Of a stretch of DNA of 64,000 bases, positions 43,629 through 52,789 are shown one piece after another. The first letter of the stretch is position 1. Each line of letters starts with the position of its first letter. Under the pieces are notes generated by a model that saw only the letters and a program-made list of their open reading frames with translations, was not told where the DNA came from and did not search any database. The stretch comes from an uncultured delta proteobacterium. Its GTDB lineage: Bacteria; Desulfobacterota; Binatia; UBA9968. The DNA lies in assembly GCA_963755715.1 (NCBI GenBank), contig CAVWLW010000025.1, positions 64,001 to 128,000 on the forward strand, written 5' to 3'. The position numbers were made by a program, and so were the translations under genes.

Positions 43629-43734
43629 AAGCTTCGAAGTTTTTCCTCTTGAACGGTTCGATGCAAATTCGCTGGAAGCCTATTCCGAGTTTTTAAAACC
43701 TTTGTGACCTTTGCGTACTTTGTGGTTCATTTTT

Positions 43735-44334
43735 ATGGCTTTTTCTTCCGCGCAAAAACTTCATCTCGTCGTCCCTTCGAAGACGCCGTGGACGTTGGCC
43801 GAAGTCGCTGGGCGGCTGGTGGAGATTTCCGGCTCCACGGCTACCGCCGCGTTGACGCTTACCTTTGTTTTGGTGCGCGAGGCCCAAGAATGCGGCGAAC
43901 CGGTGGGTTGGGTGACCTCGAAGGAAAGTTGTTTTTATCCGCTCGATGCGGCTCAAAACGGCATGGATTTAAAGTCGTTAGTCGTCATTCGTTTAACCAA
44001 TACTGAAGGTATCGCGCGGGCCGGCGAAAAGCTTTTGCGCTCCGGCGGCTTCGGTATCGTTGTGCTCGATCTCGGTGCCGCCGATATTCCGATGCCGTTG
44101 CAGACGCGCTTGACCGGTCTTGCCCATCGTCATCACACCGCGCTGGTTTGTCTGACCGAAAAAGACCGCGCCGCGTTTTCTCTCGGTTCTTTGGTTTCGC
44201 TCCGAGCGCACGCTGAAAAAAAGCGCGCTGCGGATAATCGATTTGCTTGCACGCTGCGCGTTCTCAAGGACAAACGACGTGGCCCCACTTGGCATTATGA
44301 AGAACTCTATACCGGACCGGCTGGCTTGTGTTGA
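43735..44334 (+). CDS. imuA: ImuA-like RecA-fold protein
   Basis: Degenerate P-loop (GRLVEISG), LLRSGGFGIVVLDL, LGSLVSLR. Lies between lexA and imuB. Confidence 0.75.
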   Translation: MAFSSAQKLHLVVPSKTPWTLAEVAGRLVEISGSTATAALTLTFVLVREAQECGEPVGWVTSKESCFYPLDAAQNGMDLKSLVVIRLTNTEGIARAGEKLLRSGGFGIVVLDLGAADIPMPLQTRLTGLAHRHHTALVCLTEKDRAAFSLGSLVSLRAHAEKKRAADNRFACTLRVLKDKRRGPTWHYEELYTGPAGLC

Positions 44335-45799
44335 TCTGCCGGATTTTCCACTGCAGCTCTTGCTTCGGCGCCACTCCGAATGGGCCGGTTATCCGGTAGC
44401 GGTGGTGGCTGAAGACAAGCCCCAAGGTTTGCTACTCTGGGTTAATGAAAAAGCCCGCCAGCAGGGCGTGCTCCCCGGCTTGCGTTATGCCGCGGCCTTC
44501 TCTTTAGCCACGGGGCTCCGTGCCGGCGCAGTCGCGCTCGCTGAAAGTAAAAAAGCTGTTAGCGATTTAACCTATTCTCTCATGCGGTTTACTCCAGAAG
44601 TTGAACCATCGGCTGAAGAGCCGGGCGTCTTTTGGTTGAACGGCGCCGGCCTGCAGAATCTCTACGCTTCGCCGCGGCAATGGGCCTACGCCATACATCA
44701 AGATCTGCGCGCCCGAGGATTCACGGCAAATCTGGCGCTCGGCTTCACGCGCTTCGGCGCTTACGCCGTCGCCAAATCAAAAAAGGGGATTACGATCTTT
44801 CGCGATCCCGCCGAAGAGCGCAGCGGCGCACGCGCGGTGCCGCTCAATCGCTTGAATATCGAACCCGAGTTCCGCGATATACTTTTTCAACTCGGCATTA
44901 AAACCGTCGGTGCTTTGCTCTCCCTTCCGCCGGGCGGGCTGCGCGAGCGCTTCGGCACAGCAGCACATCGACTTTACCGCATGGCCGCCGGCGATCTCTG
45001 GGCGCCGCTCGAGCCGCAGGCAGTGGAAGAGCGCGCACGACAAAAATACATTCTTGACAATGCGGAAGACGACACCACGCGGCTGCTGTTTCTGATCAAG
45101 CAACTGCTGCATCCACTCTTGATCATTCTAGCGAAGCGCCATCAAGCGCTGGTTACGCTGCAGCTCGCCTTGCTGATCGATCATAACGGCTGGCTCAAAG
45201 AGCCGCTGCGCCCAGCAACCCCAACGCTCAATGCAGCGCAGATTTTAGATTTAATTCGGCTGCGCCTGGAGTCGTTCCAGCTTGCCGCCGGTGTAGTCGA
45301 AATCGAACTCAGCGCCGAAGCTTGCGCCGCTACCAGCGAGCAACTGCGTCTTTTCACCGAAAAGCCCACGCGTGATTTCGATGCCGCCAATCGCGCGCTG
45401 GCTCGCTTGCGCGCCGAATTCGGCGACGAAGCCGTCGTGTGCGCCAAGCTTACCGACGGCCATCTTCCTGAAGCGCGCTTTACTTGGGAACCTTTGCTCC
45501 GCGTCAGATCACCCGAACCGAAAGACGCTGCCGTGAAAACTCTCGTGCGCCGCCTCGCCGCCAAGCCGATCCGCCTCGCCGGTAAACCCTATCACTCGCA
45601 CGAAGACGGCTGGCTCATCTTGGGCCCGAAGCGCGGCGCGATCGACAAGCTCACTGGCCCCTACATCCTCGCCGGCGGCTGGTGGAATAGAGAAATCCAA
45701 CGCGAATACTACTACGCCGAAACCCGCCGCGGCGATCTGCTCTGGCTTTATTATGATCGGATAAGACGGAGATGGTTTTTGCAAGGGAGCGTCGAATAA
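44297..45799 (+). CDS. imuB: ImuB-like Y-family DNA polymerase homolog (probably catalytically inactive)
   Basis: RLACVDLPDFPLQ, FTPEVE, LGIKTVG, QLRLF clamp-binding motif, GPY...GGWW...REYY. Confidence 0.85.
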   Translation: MKNSIPDRLACVDLPDFPLQLLLRRHSEWAGYPVAVVAEDKPQGLLLWVNEKARQQGVLPGLRYAAAFSLATGLRAGAVALAESKKAVSDLTYSLMRFTPEVEPSAEEPGVFWLNGAGLQNLYASPRQWAYAIHQDLRARGFTANLALGFTRFGAYAVAKSKKGITIFRDPAEERSGARAVPLNRLNIEPEFRDILFQLGIKTVGALLSLPPGGLRERFGTAAHRLYRMAAGDLWAPLEPQAVEERARQKYILDNAEDDTTRLLFLIKQLLHPLLIILAKRHQALVTLQLALLIDHNGWLKEPLRPATPTLNAAQILDLIRLRLESFQLAAGVVEIELSAEACAATSEQLRLFTEKPTRDFDAANRALARLRAEFGDEAVVCAKLTDGHLPEARFTWEPLLRVRSPEPKDAAVKTLVRRLAAKPIRLAGKPYHSHEDGWLILGPKRGAIDKLTGPYILAGGWWNREIQREYYYAETRRGDLLWLYYDRIRRRWFLQGSVE

Positions 45800-45803
45800 T
45801 AAT

Positions 45804-45860
45804 CGTTCAAAGGTTCAACGTTGTTTCAGAGCAAGCCAAGCACGTTTGAACTTTGAACTA
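45804..45860. repeat. Short GTTCAA / TTGAAC inverted repeat
   Basis: CGTTCAAAGGTTCAACG ... CGTTTGAACTTTGAAC. Confidence 0.6.
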
Positions 45861-45880
45861 AAACCGGAGGGTTTATCGTG

Positions 45881-46251
45881 ATGAAGCAATTCGAAGAGTT
45901 GGAAAGAGGTGCGACGGCTGACGTAAGAGATCTACCGTCTGACCAAGGCAGAGAAATTCTAGAAGGATTTCGCGCTGAGCGGCCAAATCGAGCGGGCAGT
46001 GAATTCTATCATGTAAATATTGCCGAAGGATTCGAGCGCGCGGCAATCAAGAGTTCAGTCAGTTTATATACCAAAGGTTCGTGTGAAGTACTCACAAATT
46101 TATGTGGCCGTAGATCAGCGTTACGTTGCCCACGAAAGACGCCGACCTGCTCAAAAAATCGTTCAAACCCTTGTCGAGTATGATCAGCAATCTGATTATG
46201 TATCTGAGAAAGAGCGGAATGAAGGGCGAGAAATTCAAAAAATCTGCGTGA
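45881..46251 (+). pseudogene. Degraded four-helix-bundle (23S rRNA IVS/S23-like) protein gene
   Basis: GGAGG RBS. Pieces across frames: MKQFEELE / EIYRLT..EKF*KDFALSGQIERA / NIAEGFER / KGSC / QIYVAVDQRY / MISNLIMYLRKSGMKGEKFK. In-frame stops plus indels. Confidence 0.7.
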
Positions 46252-46364
46252 CCCAAGCATTCAATCTAACAAAACGGAGCCAGACAATAGAAGCGGCAGA
46301 CGTGGGGTGATCGACGCGCGACGACTAGCTACGCTACCAGGCTGCTGAAAAATGGCCTTTGCGT

Positions 46365-46700
46365 CTAACTGCCGTAGTCACTCTTGATTTGCGACGGCAT
46401 GATAAACCACGACCCGGTACAACTGCGGCGGGCGGTTTCGCCGATATCTCTACCGTTCGTGCCGCCGTCGTAGTTGCCTGGAACGTCAAAAGTTGCGGTG
46501 TAGGCTACGGCCGCGGTCGCTTGTGTCCCGACGCACGTGGCAAGCTTAAAAGGTACGTGCAGGATCGAGAACAGGATGCTTCCCAAAATAAAAATACCAT
46601 TGTCCTCTTGTGCTTGCTGCGCGCGGGCCACACCGGGCATGATTAACACGGCAACGGCCAACATCACCGCGAACAGTCCCGAAGCCAATCGTCTTTTCAT
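46365..46700 (-). CDS. Small exported hypothetical protein
   Basis: Signal peptide (MKRR...VARA), AAAGGAAG RBS, second hydrophobic segment, two Cys. Confidence 0.65.
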   Translation of the reverse strand: MKRRLASGLFAVMLAVAVLIMPGVARAQQAQEDNGIFILGSILFSILHVPFKLATCVGTQATAAVAYTATFDVPGNYDGGTNGRDIGETARRSCTGSWFIMPSQIKSDYGS

Positions 46701-46772
46701 AAGTCTGCTTCCTTTCTATTTGGGAATTGTCCCGCTGATCGTTTGCTATTGTGCTTGCGAACGGTTGCCAAG

Positions 46773-48179
46773 TCAAGCAGCCGTGTTGGGCTTTTCGATC
46801 CCTTTGCGAGCGGAACTTAAAGCCTTGGGATCGTAACTCTCGGCTCGCTCCAGTGGAGCCGGTTCCGGTGTTTCCGCAACGAATAGCCGCTCCTTTACGG
46901 TCAGCGGCGGCTGTAACAAAAACTTAGTCATGGCATCCGCAGGGATCGGCCGGCAATAGTAGAAGCCTTGGCCCTCATCGCACTGAAAAACTCTGAGCAG
47001 TTTTTTTGCATGAACCGTCTCGACGCCTTCGGCGACGACTTTTAGGCCGAGGTTATGTCCAAGGTCGATTATGGATTTGACAACTACGGAGTTGTCCCGG
47101 TCGGTCTCAATGCTTTGCACAAACGATTTGTCGATCTTGATGCAAGAGACTGGCAGTTTGGTGAGATAAGCGAACGAAGAATATCCGGTACCGAAGTCGT
47201 CAATGGCGAAATGCGCACCCAGTTGACGAATCTGGTTTAGTGTACGAATCACCCTTTGAGGATCGTTCATGATGCTCGTTTCAGTGATTTCCAATTCCAA
47301 GTTTTTTGGCGCTACTCCCGTATCGCGTAGCAGCTTCTCAATTTGGTCCGGAAGTTCTTGCGCCTCTAAGTTCCACATAGTCAAATTGACGGCGATGCCT
47401 ATATCCAGGCCCATGTCATTCCACTGCCGGCACTGGAGAAGAGATTGCTGTAGGACCCACAGGGTTAACGGAATAATCAATCCCGTGCGCTCTGCAACCG
47501 GAATGAACTGATCGGGAACTATGACGCCGTGCTCGGGGTGTTGCCAACGCAGCAGTACTTCGACGCCCGTGACACGGCCTTGCGAAAGACTTACTTTAGG
47601 TTGAAAGGTTAGGAATAGTTGATCCGTGACGATCGCTTGGCGCAGCTCGGTCATCCATTGACGCGGCGTAAACAAGCTGCGCGGGTTCGCTGAATGAACA
47701 GTGAAGAATTTTGCGTCGCTCTTAGTTAACGCGAGGTCATTCTCCGCATATTCGATTAAACTTCTGACGCTGTCGCCGTGCTCTGGGTAGAGGGCCGTTC
47801 CGATCCGTGGTTGGAGCACAATGGATCGATTCCCAATCTGTACAGGATCTTCTAATCGGGCCAATAAGCGGTTTATGACCAAATCGAGATCTTGCGGGCC
47901 TTGCACTGATTGTAAGAGTACGCCGATGTGGCCGCTGTTCAGCAATGTTACAGTATCGGAGTCACGCAAGCCGCCCCTCAATCGCATTAACGCTGAATTA
48001 TTGAGGGCGTTGCCAGCAGGGTCGAGGTTGTCGCTGGTGTTCGAATGATTAAAGGCAAAAAGTAACACGGCGACCTGCGGTACGGTGTGCTTAGCCGAAA
48101 GCAGAGCTTGACGAATGCGTAATTCAAATTCCGCGTTGCCACTTGTAGAGACTGCGTTGTGACTCATCATGCCGGTCAT
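46773..48179 (-). CDS. Degenerate GGDEF + EAL c-di-GMP phosphodiesterase
   Basis: FQPK, EVLLRW, ELEITE, DDFGTGYSS, KIDKSF, VAEGVE, QG. The GGDEF position reads NSGHI. Start placed at 48179 because a sigma54 promoter lies inside the longer ORF. Confidence 0.85.
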   Translation of the reverse strand: MTGMMSHNAVSTSGNAEFELRIRQALLSAKHTVPQVAVLLFAFNHSNTSDNLDPAGNALNNSALMRLRGGLRDSDTVTLLNSGHIGVLLQSVQGPQDLDLVINRLLARLEDPVQIGNRSIVLQPRIGTALYPEHGDSVRSLIEYAENDLALTKSDAKFFTVHSANPRSLFTPRQWMTELRQAIVTDQLFLTFQPKVSLSQGRVTGVEVLLRWQHPEHGVIVPDQFIPVAERTGLIIPLTLWVLQQSLLQCRQWNDMGLDIGIAVNLTMWNLEAQELPDQIEKLLRDTGVAPKNLELEITETSIMNDPQRVIRTLNQIRQLGAHFAIDDFGTGYSSFAYLTKLPVSCIKIDKSFVQSIETDRDNSVVVKSIIDLGHNLGLKVVAEGVETVHAKKLLRVFQCDEGQGFYYCRPIPADAMTKFLLQPPLTVKERLFVAETPEPAPLERAESYDPKALSSARKGIEKPNTAA

Positions 48180-48261
48180 TTTAAAAGCCTGAGCCCAAGT
48201 TTGGATTATCAAAATTCTCGATCGATCGGCGCGCAAAGGCAGACGATCAGGGGTAAATGGC

Positions 48262-48278
48262 AGCAATGGTTGTGCCAG
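48262..48278 (-). promoter_or_regulatory. sigma54 (-24/-12) promoter of the EAL gene
   Basis: Minus strand CTGGCACAACCATTGCT matches TGGCAC-N5-TTGC. Confidence 0.75.
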
Positions 48279-48480
48279 CGACCACAAATTGAGTTTGGTG
48301 GCAGTTAGCGGACCGTCAGTTAAGTGCGCGATCTCATAGTAAGCGACACGGGGTGGCAAAAAAGACGGGAGAGTCGACATATTTGTCAGGCTCATAAAGA
48401 GGTTGCAAAGAATCGCGCGCTAAGAAGTCTGGGTGACTTGTGGATAGTGGCACTGCACCAGTTCATCGAGCGGCAATGAC

Positions 48481-50058
48481 TCACTGTTTGATGGCCAAAT
48501 TTACTGCGGGATACTTTGCTAAAAGCGACGCGTGCTCGGTGTCGTTCTTCACAAAGATCGTCGCTACGGGGTCGGAATAAATTGCTTGCCAGTCTATTTG
48601 ATCGTGAAGTGCAGCTGTGAGCGGCGCCTGAGTGTTAAAAATGACCCAACTGACGGCGTATTTTTTTAGAATCTCTTTCCATCCCGGCTGCACATCGGCA
48701 ATTTTTAAGTAATCGCCGCCATATTTCTCGCCGTACATGTCGCTGCGACCATCTATATAGACGCGGTACGCGGGCCACGCCGTAAATATAATATAGTCGC
48801 CGAATTCGTCGTTATTGAACATGTTTCCAGCGATCGGTTCTCGTTTCATAAACTCGACTGCGGCCACTGGAAAGACCTTTTCGTCGAACCGATAGGTTAT
48901 GTTCCCTGACGCGATGAGACCCACAATTAAAGCAATGACGGTTACCGGCCAAGCGTAACCGTTAACTTCCGCGTCAATGGCCTTCAAGTTTCGATTGCGC
49001 GTTCGATAGAACTTTAAAATGGGTTTAGGCATTCTGTTTACAATTTCCGAAGCTGTTTTCAGTAGCACTGGCGCCAGAATAATTGCAAAGAGCGACACGT
49101 GCCGTACAGAATAAAGCGACATATAGGACAGCAAGACCACGAGCGAACAGTCGATTAGATTGAGCGCCGACCGCGATAGCGCTAAAGCACCGATGAGAGC
49201 CAATAACATGTATTTAAACGGCAAGGCATCGTGGAAATTGGGTGACAGAAATTCCGTTACTCGATCCATAACAAAGCGATCTGACGTGATGTGAATAGGA
49301 AACCAGAGAAGCTTAGGTCCATACGGATTCACCATGCAGACGCAGACGCAAACGAACAGTAATAGAGATAATCCTTTGACATTTTGAAGGGATTTTTGTG
49401 AGACGTCTGGCGCCTCAGTGAGCGAGTAGAAGAGGTTCCCCGTCAAATAGATCATAACAAGAAGAAGGCCGATGAAATAACCGCCGTGGAGATTGACCCA
49501 GAATAGCATAAGAACCGGAAGAAGATTGAGAGCACGTTCCTTTCCAGACTGAAACCGATCCAAACAGTGGCACCAAACGACCGTGAACAATAGTGAAAAT
49601 GCGTGTGGGCGAGCAAGCCAGTGTGTTGATGAAGTCGCGGACGCAAGTAAGGTGACAAAAATACACAAAAGGATGTCATCTGATTTGCTTCGGAGAACAC
49701 GATATAGCAGCCAGTGAGTGGTGGCCAGAATAAAGGCGAAAAAGACAACCACTCCAGTCAGACCGAACGCTCTGACGATTGTCGCCATTACGAGCTCGGA
49801 TAGCCATTCGTGAGCCGTCCATTTAAGCGGCGGATAATGATACGAATAAGGATCGTCGTAGGGGATGCGCCAGGTTTGTGCGATCAATTCACCGGTGCGG
49901 ATGTGGTAGCCGGTGTCTCCATCACTGAGTAGTGCGTTTCCCACACTAAAAATCAAAACACAGAGCGCCGAAACAAAGACGATATTAGCAATCGACGGAA
50001 AGAGGAGCACCGGAATCCAGCGCATCCTGCCTAAAGCGGTATCACTGTCTTTAGCCAT
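48481..50058 (-). CDS. Polytopic membrane protein, putative GT-C fold glycosyltransferase
   Basis: Many TM segments, luminal DGDTGYHIRTG, HEWL, RPH, W.NLHGG, NPYG, and a C-terminal soluble domain with IDGRSDMYG. Confidence 0.6.
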   Translation of the reverse strand: MAKDSDTALGRMRWIPVLLFPSIANIVFVSALCVLIFSVGNALLSDGDTGYHIRTGELIAQTWRIPYDDPYSYHYPPLKWTAHEWLSELVMATIVRAFGLTGVVVFFAFILATTHWLLYRVLRSKSDDILLCIFVTLLASATSSTHWLARPHAFSLLFTVVWCHCLDRFQSGKERALNLLPVLMLFWVNLHGGYFIGLLLVMIYLTGNLFYSLTEAPDVSQKSLQNVKGLSLLLFVCVCVCMVNPYGPKLLWFPIHITSDRFVMDRVTEFLSPNFHDALPFKYMLLALIGALALSRSALNLIDCSLVVLLSYMSLYSVRHVSLFAIILAPVLLKTASEIVNRMPKPILKFYRTRNRNLKAIDAEVNGYAWPVTVIALIVGLIASGNITYRFDEKVFPVAAVEFMKREPIAGNMFNNDEFGDYIIFTAWPAYRVYIDGRSDMYGEKYGGDYLKIADVQPGWKEILKKYAVSWVIFNTQAPLTAALHDQIDWQAIYSDPVATIFVKNDTEHASLLAKYPAVNLAIKQ

Positions 50059-50124
50059 CAAGAATTCCGGGCGAATGCGCTCTTGAATTGTCGAGTTGAA
50101 ATGCCGAATCGGAGAAGACTGAAA

Positions 50125-51327
50125 CTATCCAACCGCTTGGCGAGTGTTGATGGTTTTTTGTTCCTCGGCTTCTGCATGTGCGAGGGCGGCCGATGCGCCT
50201 TGAAGTTTCGCAGGGCGGGATTTTATCAGGCCCATGAGCCAATGTTTCCGCGATTTCTGCTTGTCGTAATTTCGCGGGAGAACTATCAGGAAGCTGGACC
50301 CTTTACCTACTTCACTTTCTACAGTGACGGTCCCGCCGATTTGCTCCAAATGCTTCTTGACAATGCTTAGGCCCAAGCCGATTCCACCTCGTGAGTTTTC
50401 GGTGGAGGTTTTGTGTACCTGCATGAACGGTTCGAATATGTTCATTAAATGCTGTTCGGAAATTCCCATCCCGGTGTCTTGCACTTCGACTGTAGCCGAG
50501 TCGGTCGATGGGTGTTTCCCAACTCGCACCGTGATTGCCCCGCGATCGGTATACTTGACCGCATTTTGCAATAGATTGCTGACGACCTCTTTTAAGCGAG
50601 TCGCGTCACTGCGAATCGATAAAGGGTCTCTGGGGAGTTCCCAGCGGAGTTCGATTCCTTTTTGTCGGCAAAGAAATTCGAAAGTATCTTTCAAATCATT
50701 GATAACTTTCGTCAGTTGCAGCTCTTCGATTCGGAGCGGTTGTTTGCCGGCCTCCAGTCGCGAGTAGATCAAAATCTGATCGATCATATTTTTGAGATGG
50801 GTTGATTGTTTGGCGACGACTTGAAGAATTTCATGATGCTTTGATTCGATTTCTCCATAGAGGCCATCGGTGATGCATTCGATGTAACCGATGATGACCG
50901 CCAGAGGCGTACGCAACTCGTGGGAGACTTGATTCAAGAATTCTGCTTTCAGTCTTGCTAGATTCTCTGCCTTTTCTTTTTCCTGCTTGAGCAGCGTCAA
51001 TTGTGCGTTCGTTTTGCTCTTTGCATTCGACGACGCGCTGCCGATCGCGAGTCCCATCATAAGAATTCCGAAAGCTGCGATGGCGCCATAAACAAAGAGC
51101 TCTTTGTTGGTTCCCAGCAATTCGGTCAACGTGTCGAATCGAGTTGGCAGGGTTTCTTCTTTGCGCGTTGATTTGGACCCGCCGCGTGGAGGGTTACCGG
51201 CTTCCCGTGCTTGCGCAAGTTCTAAAACGAGCCTTGGGTTGTTCGATAAGTCCGCGGCCGACAAATTGGCACTGACGGCCAACGTCACGAGGACGAAAGC
51301 TAGGCTTATAAAGGTTCGCGCCGGCAT
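50125..51327 (-). CDS. Membrane sensor histidine kinase
   Basis: SHELRTPL H-box, NLLQNAVKYT, DTGMGI, F box, GGIGLGL, GKGSSF. Confidence 0.9.
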   Translation of the reverse strand: MPARTFISLAFVLVTLAVSANLSAADLSNNPRLVLELAQAREAGNPPRGGSKSTRKEETLPTRFDTLTELLGTNKELFVYGAIAAFGILMMGLAIGSASSNAKSKTNAQLTLLKQEKEKAENLARLKAEFLNQVSHELRTPLAVIIGYIECITDGLYGEIESKHHEILQVVAKQSTHLKNMIDQILIYSRLEAGKQPLRIEELQLTKVINDLKDTFEFLCRQKGIELRWELPRDPLSIRSDATRLKEVVSNLLQNAVKYTDRGAITVRVGKHPSTDSATVEVQDTGMGISEQHLMNIFEPFMQVHKTSTENSRGGIGLGLSIVKKHLEQIGGTVTVESEVGKGSSFLIVLPRNYDKQKSRKHWLMGLIKSRPAKLQGASAALAHAEAEEQKTINTRQAVG

Positions 51328-51332
51328 TAAAG

Positions 51333-52289
51333 TCAGGGATGAACAGACGTTTGCATTGAGCTAGTTTTTTTTTCGGGCTCCCAAATTTCAATACGGTCTT
51401 TGCCGGAATTTTTCGCAACATACAACGCGCGGTCTGCGTCATCCAACAATTCTCGCCAATCCGCATAGTACCGCGCTGACGTGGAGCTGACCCCGACACT
51501 GACGGTCAGCGTGAATGGCCGCGCCGTGGTCCCAAAAGCGCAGGTCCGTATGGATTCATGAATTTTGCTTGCCACTTGAAGGGCATTGTCCTGATCCGTC
51601 TCGGGTAAGACTAGCACAAATTCTTCCCCACCATAGCGGGATGGAAAATCACTCTGCCGAGTTTTTTCGCGGAAGGTTTCCGAAATCTTTACAAGGGCGG
51701 CATCGCCGCCATGGTGACCATACGTATCGTTGATCATTTTAAAATTGTCGATATCGAGAATAAGCAGCGACATGGGATTGTGATAACGTTTAGAGCGCTC
51801 AAACTCCTCGTGAATTTTTTTCTCGAAGGCCCGACGATTGAAAAGACCGGTGAGTGAGTCGACCTGAGTTTGGTATTCAAGATGTTGCTGGTATTGAACC
51901 ACGCGCGAGCCGACACGGATACGCGCAAGCAATTCCGAAAAGGAGAATGGTTTGGTGATGTAGTCATCGGCTCCAAGATCCAGACCGCGCACGCGGTCGC
52001 CTTCTTGAATTCGAGCCGTAATCAAAATCAGGTAAATGTTTTTTAAAGCGGGGTTTCCGCGAATACGTTTGATGAGCTCGAATCCGTCCATTTTCGGCAT
52101 CATGATATCGGAGAGGGCGATCTGGACCTTTTCGGTTTCAAGCTTCTCGAGCGCCTCCAAGCCGTTCGCCGCTGTGATGACCTTATAGCCTTCTCTCTGA
52201 AGCACTATAGCGAGTAGGTCCCGCTGGTCCGGATGATCTTCAATGACCAAAACCGTCAGCGGAACGTTCTCTTTTTTGTCGTTGTTCAT
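51333..52289 (-). CDS. Response-regulator diguanylate cyclase (REC-GGDEF)
   Basis: REC (ED, SDIMMP, T, KP). DSLTGLFNRR, DIDNFK, RQSD I-site, GGEEF active site. Confidence 0.92.
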   Translation of the reverse strand: MNNDKKENVPLTVLVIEDHPDQRDLLAIVLQREGYKVITAANGLEALEKLETEKVQIALSDIMMPKMDGFELIKRIRGNPALKNIYLILITARIQEGDRVRGLDLGADDYITKPFSFSELLARIRVGSRVVQYQQHLEYQTQVDSLTGLFNRRAFEKKIHEEFERSKRYHNPMSLLILDIDNFKMINDTYGHHGGDAALVKISETFREKTRQSDFPSRYGGEEFVLVLPETDQDNALQVASKIHESIRTCAFGTTARPFTLTVSVGVSSTSARYYADWRELLDDADRALYVAKNSGKDRIEIWEPEKKTSSMQTSVHP

Positions 52290-52401
52290 ATTTTTCGTGT
52301 CCTTCGAGTTCGTGTCGTCATGAGAATGGGAGTGTAAAGGAAATCAAACGTATATTTGTGGCAAATCGAGAACGATCTTTAAACTTTAATGTTTCACCGA
52401 T

Positions 52402-52417
52402 AGCAAAACACATACCC
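52402..52417 (-). promoter_or_regulatory. Putative sigma54 promoter of the REC-GGDEF operon
   Basis: Minus strand GGGTATGTGTTTTGCT (GG-N10-GC with TTGC). Confidence 0.45.
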
Positions 52418-52694
52418 TTTTACTTTAGTCGTGGGGGATGAAGTTATTATGTGCGATTTGACTCCACATCAGTTCCACGCCTTGGGTAGTGAAGAGGTAA
52501 GAACCGCCCAATATGTTAAGAATTTGTCATTGCTGCTTTCCAGAGTGTCCGGGACCCCAATCGTCATTTGAAGGTGACCGATCATTAGCGGTGTTGTGAC
52601 ACTAAGTTCAAATCCGGTGTCAATTTTGTCAAGCAAAAAACTGAAAATTGGTAGCCGGAAAGTATAATTAGCTGAATTTCTGATGATCTGGATA

Positions 52695-52711
52695 TTGGCA
52701 CAAATACTGCT
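52695..52711 (+). promoter_or_regulatory. sigma54 promoter of flp
   Basis: TTGGCACAAATACTGCT (GG-N10-GC), about 80 nt upstream of the flp ATG. Confidence 0.65.
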
Positions 52712-52789
52712 GTCTTCCCCAACCGTCGCCTTAATTGAAGAGATAAAAACAGTTTAACAGCTCAAAACAGGAAAGGGGGTGAAAGATTT

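Noticed and set aside
45878-46310. ORFs 45878..46183 and 46020..46310 as novel proteins
   Set aside because: They are chimeric frames of the decayed four-helix-bundle gene.
46756-46771. Possible sigma54 site TGGCAACCGTTCGCA upstream of the 111-aa gene
   Set aside because: GG-GC spacing is 9 nt rather than the required 10.
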